From NCBI GenBank assembly GCA_964531335.1, contig CAZHEV010000008.1:68452-132451 (forward strand): a DNA stretch of 64,000 nt, written 5' to 3'. Positions within the stretch are counted from its first letter, which is position 1. The number at the start of each line of letters is the position of its first letter. Below are positions 19,195 through 27,531 of the stretch, piece by piece. A program made the translations under genes and the position numbers. The notes below the pieces were generated by a model, which worked only from the letters and a program-made list of their open reading frames with translations, made no database searches and had not been told where the DNA came from. The DNA is from an uncultured bacterium (GTDB lineage: Bacteria > Eisenbacteria > RBG-16-71-46 > CAZHEV01).

Positions 19195-20036
19195 CGGCGC
19201 TTCTCGCGGCGGTCCTCGTCGCGGCCTCCGCGTCCCCCGCGGCCGCCGCCGGGGACGCTCCCAACCTCCGGGAATCCTCCGGAGGGAGCGCCTACGGTTA
19301 CATCTCGGTAACATGCGGCGACCATCGCATGTTCGTCACCCTGGACCGCGGTGCTCCAAGGGAATGCCCCATAGACAGCGCCCGCGTCGATCCTGGATAC
19401 CACGTCCTTCGCGCATGGCCGGCCGCGGGCCGCAGGTTCACGGCCGTCTCTTTGAAGCGCGAGGTCTATGTAGGCGGCGGCGTCGAAACAAAAGTGGATC
19501 TCTCCGAGGCACGATGGGTGCGCATAGAGACCGACCCCTTCGGGGCCACCGTCTTGCGCGGGAGCGCGCCCCTGGGCGAGACACCTATCACGGTGGTAGT
19601 GTGCCCCGGCGATCCGCCGCTGACCATAGAGCGCGAGGGTTACAGGATGGTTTTTCTGACGTCCGAATCCGTCCTGAGCGGTCCCTCGCCGAGAAGGGTG
19701 ACCCTGGAGCCGGCCGATCGCGGAGCGGCCTCCACGATAGTGCAAACGGCCGGGGCCGATAAAGGAGGCCGGTCCGGTTGGACCACGCTTCTCACCGGCG
19801 TTACCGTGGTCGGTTCGGCCACCGCCGCCGTCGTATTCAAGAAGCAGGCCGATGACGCATTCGACGAGTATCGAACCACCGGTGACCCAGAGGAGATGAG
19901 GGATCTCTTTGACAGGGCCGAGAGCCTCGACAGTTGGTCCGTCGCGAGCTGGATCGTGAGCGAGGTGGCCCTGGGAGTGCTGTTGTACCGGCTTCTCCAC
20001 GAAGAGGAGAGCGAGAGGAAGGTGGGAAGCCCATGA
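19170..20036 (+). CDS. PEGA-domain protein with C-terminal TM helix
   Basis: Only the 3' two-thirds of track ORF 18453..20036 is taken. TTG/CTG start region overlaps the upstream stop. Signal-like N-terminus, PEGA-like beta segments (YISVTCGD..., ETPITVVVCPGDPPLTIEREGY) and a TM helix near the C-terminus. Start uncertain. Confidence 0.55.
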   Translation: MLQGRDPLTALLAAVLVAASASPAAAAGDAPNLRESSGGSAYGYISVTCGDHRMFVTLDRGAPRECPIDSARVDPGYHVLRAWPAAGRRFTAVSLKREVYVGGGVETKVDLSEARWVRIETDPFGATVLRGSAPLGETPITVVVCPGDPPLTIEREGYRMVFLTSESVLSGPSPRRVTLEPADRGAASTIVQTAGADKGGRSGWTTLLTGVTVVGSATAAVVFKKQADDAFDEYRTTGDPEEMRDLFDRAESLDSWSVASWIVSEVALGVLLYRLLHEEESERKVGSP

Positions 20037-21268
20037 GACCCTTGGCCTTGGTCGCCGCGTTGATGGCAGCGGTCATCGCCGGCGGTTGCGACACAAGGGC
20101 GCCGAACAATCCCTTCGACCCGCGCAATCCCGAGACCGGCGGCAGGCCGAATTTTCTGACGGCCGTCGCCCGAAACGGCTTCGCCGACCTGCGATGGCAG
20201 GACGGCGGCATGCGGGACATCGAGAGCTTCAGCGTTCACAGGGGCACCGATCCCGACACGCTGGAGATGGTGGCCGCCCTGCCCGCGGTACGGCGGACGC
20301 TCCGTGACGGAGGCCTGGCGCCCGGCGTCACCTACTACTACGCGATCGGATTCAACTTCGAAGGAGGCGGGCCGCTTCTGACAGCCCCGGTGCCGGCCAC
20401 GCCCGGCCCCGACGTCCCTTGGGCGCTTGACTCGGCGAGCTCCCCCCTCGTTCTTCTCAGCGCCGACGGCCGCGCCGCCGTATCACGATACGGCGAAGGA
20501 CACGACTTCATCGATCTGTCGGTCGAGTCGTCGTCGTCTTGGGCCTGGTGCGTCGACGCGGCGGCGGGCGTTCTCGTGGCGTACGACGAAGACGGAGCCC
20601 TTCGGGCCGTCCTCGACGACTTCGCCTTTCCGACGCGGGTCTCGGCCGATCCCCGGGACGGCGGCGTATGGATAGTGTCTTACGACGCCGGCACCTTGAC
20701 GCGCGTTGACGTCCGCTTCACCAGAGAGGTGGTAGACGACACGCTCAGCGGGCCGCTCGATGTCGAGGCGGCCCCGACCGGCGGATGCTGGGTGTCCGAC
20801 GACCTCGGACAGATACACAGATATTACCCTTCGGGCTCCAGGACCACCGTCGCCGGCCTTTCGTGGCCGGCGGCGCTTTCCGACGTCGGCCGAGAGGAGG
20901 TCTGGGCCGCCGACCCCGTCGCCCGCGAGGCGGTGCGCGTGTCCCCGGAAGGCGTTCTCGCGCGCACCGGCGGTCTCGACGGACCGTTCGACGTAGCAGC
21001 CCTCCCCCAGGGCGGATGCTGGATAGCGGACCGAAAACGAGTGCTGAAGGTCGACCGCGACGGAGAGGTCCTTCTGACCGTGGGTGGATTCGATGGAGCG
21101 AGAGCGGTGAGCTTCAACCCCAGGACCGGGGAATGCTGGGTGGCCGATCCGCCGGCCGACAAGATAGTGCGAATCGACGCGGAGGGGGAGCGCGTCGTCG
21201 AGATGGAGCAGCTTGTCTCGCCCTTCGCGATAGCCGGCCGATGGAGCGGCACCCCCACCTCCCGCTGA
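20033..21268 (+). CDS. lipoprotein with FN3-like domain and NHL/six-bladed beta-propeller repeats
   Basis: The ATG overlaps the upstream stop (ATGA). Lipobox AGGC. Repeated GGCW(V/I)(S/A)D motifs typical of NHL-type propellers. Confidence 0.7.
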   Translation: MRPLALVAALMAAVIAGGCDTRAPNNPFDPRNPETGGRPNFLTAVARNGFADLRWQDGGMRDIESFSVHRGTDPDTLEMVAALPAVRRTLRDGGLAPGVTYYYAIGFNFEGGGPLLTAPVPATPGPDVPWALDSASSPLVLLSADGRAAVSRYGEGHDFIDLSVESSSSWAWCVDAAAGVLVAYDEDGALRAVLDDFAFPTRVSADPRDGGVWIVSYDAGTLTRVDVRFTREVVDDTLSGPLDVEAAPTGGCWVSDDLGQIHRYYPSGSRTTVAGLSWPAALSDVGREEVWAADPVAREAVRVSPEGVLARTGGLDGPFDVAALPQGGCWIADRKRVLKVDRDGEVLLTVGGFDGARAVSFNPRTGECWVADPPADKIVRIDAEGERVVEMEQLVSPFAIAGRWSGTPTSR

Positions 21269-21435
21269 CATGGCAGGCGGCGCGCCCTGCCCCTTGGATC
21301 AGGGCGCGCTCCCTCGGAAAGCGCCGTCCGGGGCCCGGGTGGTTCCTTGACAGGCCCCGCCCCCCGGTGTTACCGTGCGGGGCTGGTTGAATGTCCGCAG
21401 TCTTGCGGCCGCTGTGTCCCTAAAAGGAGGTCGTC

Positions 21436-22182
21436 ATGGCACAACTAGACTATCCCACAAGCGGTGCGGGAGAGGAAGGAGTTGAGGAAGCGGGCTTCTT
21501 CACCAGGTGGATGTGGGTATACTTCAGCCCGCGTAAAGCTTTCACCGCCGTGTCGCGGCGCCCGAGATGGGTCGTGCCCTTCGTGCTGCTCATCGTCCTG
21601 TCAGCGGCGATGGCCCACGTGACCGCCCCTATCAACAGGGAGCACATGGCCCAGAGAATAGAGAACAGCGACTCCATCCCGGAGGAACAGAAGGACCAGG
21701 TGCTCGAAAGGATGGCGGGCGGTGGTTCCACCATCAGCCAGTTGGTGAGAATCGGGGGAAGCGCGGTGGTTATAGCGGTAATGCTCTCCGCCCTGGGCGG
21801 GATCTTCCTCCTGATCAACAACATGATTTTCGGGGGAAGCGCGCGCTACGCCCAGACGTTGGGGGCGGCGGTTTACACCTGCCTGATATGGATACCGTCA
21901 TGGATAGTCAAAGTGCCGCTCATGTTCGCCCAGAATACGGTGAACGTCACCATAGGGCCCGCCGCGTTCTTGCCGGCCGAGGCCGAGGGCGGCTTTCTGT
22001 GGGCGGCCCTCACCAGGCTGGACGTCTTCGGCATCTGGCATATAATTCTCGCGTGCATAGCGCTTTCCTGCATCGGAGGGTACTCGGCGAAGAAGGCGTC
22101 CGCGGCCGTGATCCCTCTGTGGCTCATCTACTCGGTTATCGTCACGGTATTTACATGGTTCGGCTACAAACAGCTTGGATAG
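21436..22182 (+). CDS. Yip1-domain membrane protein
   Basis: AAAGGAGG RBS. Five predicted TM helices, with a Yip1-like N-terminal cytosolic segment. Confidence 0.7.
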   Translation: MAQLDYPTSGAGEEGVEEAGFFTRWMWVYFSPRKAFTAVSRRPRWVVPFVLLIVLSAAMAHVTAPINREHMAQRIENSDSIPEEQKDQVLERMAGGGSTISQLVRIGGSAVVIAVMLSALGGIFLLINNMIFGGSARYAQTLGAAVYTCLIWIPSWIVKVPLMFAQNTVNVTIGPAAFLPAEAEGGFLWAALTRLDVFGIWHIILACIALSCIGGYSAKKASAAVIPLWLIYSVIVTVFTWFGYKQLG

Positions 22183-22198
22183 CGGAGAGGGAGAAGGC

Positions 22199-23125
22199 GT
22201 GGCGAAAAGGGATTTCCTGGCTATAACGGACTGGGACAGGGACAAGCTCCTCAAGGTGATCGAGAGATCTCTCGACATGAAAAGGGACACCAAGAAGGGC
22301 GTGGAGTACAGGCCGCTGGAGAGGAAGATGATGGCCATGGTGTTCGAGAAGCCCTCTCTGCGGACCAGGGTGTCTTTCGAGATGGCGATGCATCAGCTCG
22401 GCGGCGGGGCCGTCAACCTGCCGCCGACGGAGATCCAGATGGGGACGCGCGAGTCCCTCCCGGACGTGGCGCGCGTGCTGGGCCGTTACGTCGATTGCAT
22501 CATGGCCAGGGTCTTCTCGCACGACAAGGTGACCGGCTTGGGCGTCCACTCGCCGGTGCCCGTGATAAACGGCCTTTCGGATTACAACCACCCCTGTCAG
22601 GTCGTGTGCGACCTGCTGACGATACTCGAGGCCAAGGGGGTGATCGAGGGACTGAAGGTCGCGTACGTCGGAGACGGGAACAACGTCGCCAACTCATGGC
22701 TCAACGCCGCCTCCCGCCTGCGTTTCGATCTCTCGCTCGTGATTCCCAGAGGCTACGAGCCTGACGAGGCCACGCTGAAGCGGGCCGCGTCCGAGGCCAC
22801 CGGGTCGGTGTCGCTGACCCCCTCCGTGGAGGAAGGGCTGAGCGGCGCCGACGTCGTGTACACGGATGTCTGGGCCAGCATGGGCCAGGAGTCCGAAGCC
22901 AAGCGCAAGAGGCGGGATCTGGAGGCATACAGGATCGACGCGAAGCTGATGTCGTTCGCGAAGAAGGACGCCGTCGTCATGCACTGCCTCCCGGCCCATC
23001 GCGGTGAGGAGATCAGCGACGAGGTCATCGACGGGCCGCAGTCGATCGTCTTCGACCAAGCCGAGAATAGACTTCACGGACAAAAAGGCATAGTATGTGA
23101 ATTGATGATGGAGGATTGGACTTAG
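22199..23125 (+). CDS. argF: ornithine carbamoyltransferase
   Basis: SLRTRVSFE carbamoyl-phosphate binding motif, plus HPCQ and HCLPAHRGEE motifs. GTG start after GGAGAGGGAGAAGG. The track ORF begins at an upstream TTG. Confidence 0.85.
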   Translation: MAKRDFLAITDWDRDKLLKVIERSLDMKRDTKKGVEYRPLERKMMAMVFEKPSLRTRVSFEMAMHQLGGGAVNLPPTEIQMGTRESLPDVARVLGRYVDCIMARVFSHDKVTGLGVHSPVPVINGLSDYNHPCQVVCDLLTILEAKGVIEGLKVAYVGDGNNVANSWLNAASRLRFDLSLVIPRGYEPDEATLKRAASEATGSVSLTPSVEEGLSGADVVYTDVWASMGQESEAKRKRRDLEAYRIDAKLMSFAKKDAVVMHCLPAHRGEEISDEVIDGPQSIVFDQAENRLHGQKGIVCELMMEDWT

Positions 23126-23180
23126 GCGTACGCCGCCTCGGCCGGTTGCGTCCGTACGAACCGCCAGAGAGAAGACCCGC

Positions 23181-24416
23181 GTGAAGCAGGACTACAGCGC
23201 ATTCGCTCTCCTCGACCCTGATTTCTCGAAGAAAAACCGAGGCCAGTTCAGAGTGCTTTTGCGGCTCTACAGGGACATGGCCTCCGCGCCCGAGAGATAC
23301 AACTATCATGTCAACAAGCTGTTGAACCCATTCGTGCTCGATTTGCCCCTCAAGGCCAACCTGGAGACCGTCGGGTTCTACCTGCGCGAGGCCGAGGCTT
23401 ACCTGCAGGGCCTTCTGGACTTGTTGCCGGAGGAGGCCCGGGACTCGTTCGGCCACCACCTGGAGGTGGCCTCCTGCGACGATCCGTTGACGCTGATGAA
23501 AATGTCTTTCACGCCCGGAAACAGGCGAAGGGCCTTCGAGGCCCAGCGCAAGCTGTACCTCGCGAAATTGATATTCGACATCGATAGGTGTCGCGACGTT
23601 CAGGATGGCCTGGAACACAAGTCCTACCTCGAGTCGACCCTCGAGGAAAGACTGTGGTCGAGGACCATATCCACGGAACGCCGTGAGATATGGTACAACA
23701 TGAGCACCGACGGCGTCTCGATGGAATACACCGAGGACCAGGCCAGGCCGGACCAGGAGTGCTGGCAGTTCGACGTCAGGAGGATCCTTCCCCTCTCGGG
23801 CGACCAATCATACCCCATCCACGTCTACTACAACCGCACTCGATTCAAGAAAGAGGTGCTTCCGTTCGAGTACTTCGCCGGGCGAAGGGAGTACAAGGTT
23901 CACGAGCAGAGGAAGTGGTACCAACTGAAGGGAAGGCGAAACGGGGGAATCCTGAGCAAGATGATCAGAAAGGGCGAGAACAATCCCAGGAACATAAGCG
24001 ACATATTGGGGTCGATGTTCATCGTCCACGACAAACGTCAGGTCAAGGGCTTGCTCGACCTGCTATACGATATACTGGGTGCGCCCTACAAGTGGTACGA
24101 CGTGGTCGACACCATAAACAGGCCGGAGGACAGGCAGCTTCTGGACAGGCATTCCGCCCCCGGCTACGAAGTGTACAAGGGCGACGTGGATATTCTCTAT
24201 CCCACGGGCTGGAAGCACTCCCTGGCCTACGCGTTCAGAGTGGAGATCCAGATCTACACGCTGGAGGGATACCTGCGCACGATCCACAGCGCGCACTACG
24301 CCAGCCACCAGGAGTTGAAAAGAAGGCAGTTCCTCGACGGCCTCCTGCCGATCATATTTCCGCCCGCCGTCTACGGCGAACGACAGGTGGACGCGGCCGC
24401 CCTGAGTCGAGGGTGA
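23181..24416 (+). CDS. RelA/SpoT-domain (small-alarmone-synthetase-like nucleotidyltransferase) protein with unique N-terminal region
   Basis: The C-terminal third follows the RelA_SpoT synthetase layout: ISDILGSMFIVHD...GYEVYKGDVD...VEIQIYTLEGYLRTIHSAHYASHQELK (compare GlRvi...GYqSlH...EvQIRT...WAe..H..YK). GTG start. Confidence 0.65.
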   Translation: MKQDYSAFALLDPDFSKKNRGQFRVLLRLYRDMASAPERYNYHVNKLLNPFVLDLPLKANLETVGFYLREAEAYLQGLLDLLPEEARDSFGHHLEVASCDDPLTLMKMSFTPGNRRRAFEAQRKLYLAKLIFDIDRCRDVQDGLEHKSYLESTLEERLWSRTISTERREIWYNMSTDGVSMEYTEDQARPDQECWQFDVRRILPLSGDQSYPIHVYYNRTRFKKEVLPFEYFAGRREYKVHEQRKWYQLKGRRNGGILSKMIRKGENNPRNISDILGSMFIVHDKRQVKGLLDLLYDILGAPYKWYDVVDTINRPEDRQLLDRHSAPGYEVYKGDVDILYPTGWKHSLAYAFRVEIQIYTLEGYLRTIHSAHYASHQELKRRQFLDGLLPIIFPPAVYGERQVDAAALSRG

Positions 24417-24476
24417 CGGACATCGGATGCGCCGGAAGCTCCGCCCGAGGCGCGGTCCCGCTACCCGGCCGGAGGC

Positions 24477-24719
24477 CTACAATCCATCCAGGTAGGCTTC
24501 GACCAGCTCCCGGGCCCTGGTCTCGAACTTCTCCGGAACGAGCAGGTTGACACCGAGGATGCTGGTGCCGTAACCCGCGCCGGGGCCGAAGACTCCCACA
24601 TCCTCGCCCTTCAACATGGAGGGGATCCCCTCCTGCTCGAGGATGTCCTTCATTTGCTCGCCGTACAGCCGGGACGGAAGCATGCGCACTTTGACCCATT
24701 TCACGTTGTCGTCAGACAA
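24477..24719 (-). CDS. small DUF2007-like (putative signal-transducing) protein
   Basis: 80 aa. TTG start with GAGGGG RBS. Pattern W.KV..L...YGEQMKDILEQEGIP...VNLLVPE..E.RARELVE. Confidence 0.6.
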   Translation of the reverse strand: MSDDNVKWVKVRMLPSRLYGEQMKDILEQEGIPSMLKGEDVGVFGPGAGYGTSILGVNLLVPEKFETRARELVEAYLDGL

Positions 24720-24890
24720 GATCCCCTCGTATGCTTGGACGTGGAGGCCGATGGGGCACCGGGACTATTGTACCCGCGCTTTAGCGTTCCCGTCAACAAG
24801 ACAGGCCGCGGGGGGCGCCGAGCGCCCCGGTGTTGACGGCGTCGCCGGCGCCGTTCTAATATATTCCGTGCTTGCATCCATGACAGAGGT

Positions 24891-26582
24891 ATGAGGACTA
24901 TGAAACGATTTTCGCTGATCGCCGCCCTTTTAGTCTTGATCGTCCCCTCCGGAACAGGTGGAGCCGTGCCCGAATCACCGGAAGCTATCTTCGTTGCAGA
25001 CAAGGTCTATACACTGGACCCGGAGCATCCCGTCGCCGAGGCCATCGCCGTCAGGGACGGCCTCATCCATGCCGTCGGATCCAAGGAGGAGGTGTCCGCG
25101 CTCGCAGGGAGCGGAACCGCCGTCCATCACCTCGAGGGCGCGGTCATGGTCCCCGGCCTCGTCGACGCCCACTGCCACCTCATGGGGCTGGGTCTCGGAC
25201 TGGACAGGCTTGATTTGACGGGCACCGCGAGCTATCAGGAGATCTTGGACATAGTGGCCGAGAAGGCCTCCTCCACTCCTGCCGGCGAGTGGATACTGGG
25301 ACGCGGATGGGACCAGAACGACTGGGAGGACAAGAGCTGGCCGACTGCCGAGGAGCTCAACCGCGTGAGCCCGGAAAACCCTGTATATCTCACGCGCATC
25401 GACGGGCACGCGGCTCTCGTCAACTCGCCGGCGCTGGATCGCGGCGGGGTCACCGCGGACACCCCTGATCCTCCGGGCGGAAAGATTATAAAGGAGCAGG
25501 GCAGGCCCATCGGGGTGCTCGTGGATGAGGCCATGGAGCTGGTCGGCGACGCCGTCCCCTCCCCCGCCATCGACGCCAGGAGGAGGGCGATCCTCCGCGC
25601 GGCCGATCTTTGCATCTCGGCCGGCCTGGTTGGCGTTCACGAGGCGGGCGTGACCCGGGAGGTTCTCGAGCTGTACCGCGACATGTCGGACTCGGGAGAG
25701 CTGCCCTTTTCCGTGAACGTCATGATAAGCCGAGAGGACACCACCCTCGGCGAGCTGCTCGAGGCCGGGCCGGAGGTGAGGCGGGGCGGCTTGCTGACGC
25801 TCCGAAGCATAAAGGCATTCGCCGACGGCGCGTTGGGCTCCCGTGGCGCGGCTCTTCTCGAGCCCTACGAGGACGACCCGGGGAACAGGGGCCTTTTGAT
25901 GGTGGAGGAAGACGAGCTGGCGGCCTTGACCGAGAACGCGCTGCGGCACGGCTTCCAGGTGTGCACCCACGCCATAGGTGACCGGGCCAACAGGGTGGTG
26001 CTCGACGCCTACGAGACGGCCATGGAGGCGACCGGCGTAAAGGGCGAGGACGCGAGGCTGAGGGTCGAGCACGCCCAGATCCTCTCGGCCGAGGACATCC
26101 TTCGCCTCGCCCTGCTGGGCGTGGTGGCTTCGGTGCAGCCGACCCACTGCACGTCGGACATGCCCTGGGCGCCCAAGAGGCTCGGCTCTCACAGGATGCC
26201 CGGCGCCTACGCTTACCGGACACTGGTCGAGAGCGGGGCCAGGATCGCCTCCGGCAGCGACTTTCCCGTCGAGTCACACGATCCGCTGCTCGGCTTCTAC
26301 GCGGCGGTCACGCGCACCAGGACCAACGGGCTGCCGGTCAACGGATGGAACCCCAGCGAGAAGCTCACCCGCGAACAGGCGCTCGCATCGTTCACGAAGG
26401 GCGCGGCCTATGCGGCCTTCGAGGAGGATATCACCGGCACGCTTTCGCCCGGCAAGAGGGCGGACATTACGGTCCTGAGCGCGGACATTATGGAGGTCCC
26501 GCCTCAAGAAATATTGGACGCGGAAGTGGTGATGACCGTGATAGGCGGAAGGGTCCTGTATCAACTGGAAGACATCAAATAG
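24891..26582 (+). CDS. amidohydrolase-family metallo-dependent hydrolase (Amidohydro_3-like), exported
   Basis: Signal peptide. VPGLVDAHCHLMGLG metal-binding HxH motif. Distal His/Asp positions are conserved. Confidence 0.8.
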   Translation: MRTMKRFSLIAALLVLIVPSGTGGAVPESPEAIFVADKVYTLDPEHPVAEAIAVRDGLIHAVGSKEEVSALAGSGTAVHHLEGAVMVPGLVDAHCHLMGLGLGLDRLDLTGTASYQEILDIVAEKASSTPAGEWILGRGWDQNDWEDKSWPTAEELNRVSPENPVYLTRIDGHAALVNSPALDRGGVTADTPDPPGGKIIKEQGRPIGVLVDEAMELVGDAVPSPAIDARRRAILRAADLCISAGLVGVHEAGVTREVLELYRDMSDSGELPFSVNVMISREDTTLGELLEAGPEVRRGGLLTLRSIKAFADGALGSRGAALLEPYEDDPGNRGLLMVEEDELAALTENALRHGFQVCTHAIGDRANRVVLDAYETAMEATGVKGEDARLRVEHAQILSAEDILRLALLGVVASVQPTHCTSDMPWAPKRLGSHRMPGAYAYRTLVESGARIASGSDFPVESHDPLLGFYAAVTRTRTNGLPVNGWNPSEKLTREQALASFTKGAAYAAFEEDITGTLSPGKRADITVLSADIMEVPPQEILDAEVVMTVIGGRVLYQLEDIK

Positions 26583-26607
26583 GAGACAGTAGGCCGGCTG
26601 AACCTCT

Positions 26608-27531
26608 ATGGCTGACAAGAAAAAGCAGTCCGAACCGATCGCGGTGACTCCAAGCGGCATTCTCCTCGGAACAATCACCTCGTTCGCGTTCGGCGCGAGC
26701 GTCGTGACGAACAAGGCCGGCCTGGACAGCAGCGGTCTCACGGCGCTGGACTACACCGCCCTGAGCGCGCTCGCCGCGGCGGTCATCGCTTTTCCCTTCC
26801 TCCTGCCGCGCGTACTCCGGATCGTGTCCTGCTCCAAGACCTGCCTCGTCAAGGTCCTCGTCATAGCCGTGGGCGCGTCGGGGATCGCGTACCTCCTGCT
26901 CTTTTACGGGCAAAGCCTCACCAGCGCGACAAACGCGGGCTTCATGCTTACGCTCACCGCGTTCTTCACCGTGGTTTTCGCCGCGGCCTTGATCGGCGAG
27001 CGGATCGAGAAGCGCAGGTATCCCGCGATAGGGCTCCTCTTCATCGGACTCTATCTGCTCATAGTCGGAGTTGATAAGATAAAGCTCAACGCCGGAGATC
27101 TCTTCATAGCCGGGACCGCGTTCATATGGGGTTTCACAAACAGCATCGCCCGATCGGTGATGCGCGAGATACCCGCCCAAATCGTGGCGTTGATCAGGCT
27201 CTTCATCGGCGGCCTCTTCCTGGCGGCCGTGTTGCGGGCCGGCCCGGGCTTGGCCGCTGCCACGGTATCATCCGGGGACTACTGGTTTCTGCTCTCCGGC
27301 CTGCTGGGCTTCGCCTCCATATTGCTCTTTTACAGGACCATAGGCGTGTTGGGCGCGGGAATGGCGTCGCTGGTGGTGGTGTCGTCGCCCATCTTTTCGA
27401 CGCTGGGCGCCGTGGTTTTCCTTGGGGAGAGGCTGGCGGCAGAGGATCTGGTAGGCGGCGCGCTGGTTCTGGTTGCCCTTGTCGGAATTACGGGCGCGCT
27501 GGAGCGCGTCAGCCGATCCGCTCGAGAGTGA
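26608..27531 (+). CDS. DMT-superfamily (EamA-like) transporter
   Basis: Ten predicted TM helices in a two-repeat EamA arrangement. Confidence 0.8.
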   Translation: MADKKKQSEPIAVTPSGILLGTITSFAFGASVVTNKAGLDSSGLTALDYTALSALAAAVIAFPFLLPRVLRIVSCSKTCLVKVLVIAVGASGIAYLLLFYGQSLTSATNAGFMLTLTAFFTVVFAAALIGERIEKRRYPAIGLLFIGLYLLIVGVDKIKLNAGDLFIAGTAFIWGFTNSIARSVMREIPAQIVALIRLFIGGLFLAAVLRAGPGLAAATVSSGDYWFLLSGLLGFASILLFYRTIGVLGAGMASLVVVSSPIFSTLGAVVFLGERLAAEDLVGGALVLVALVGITGALERVSRSARE

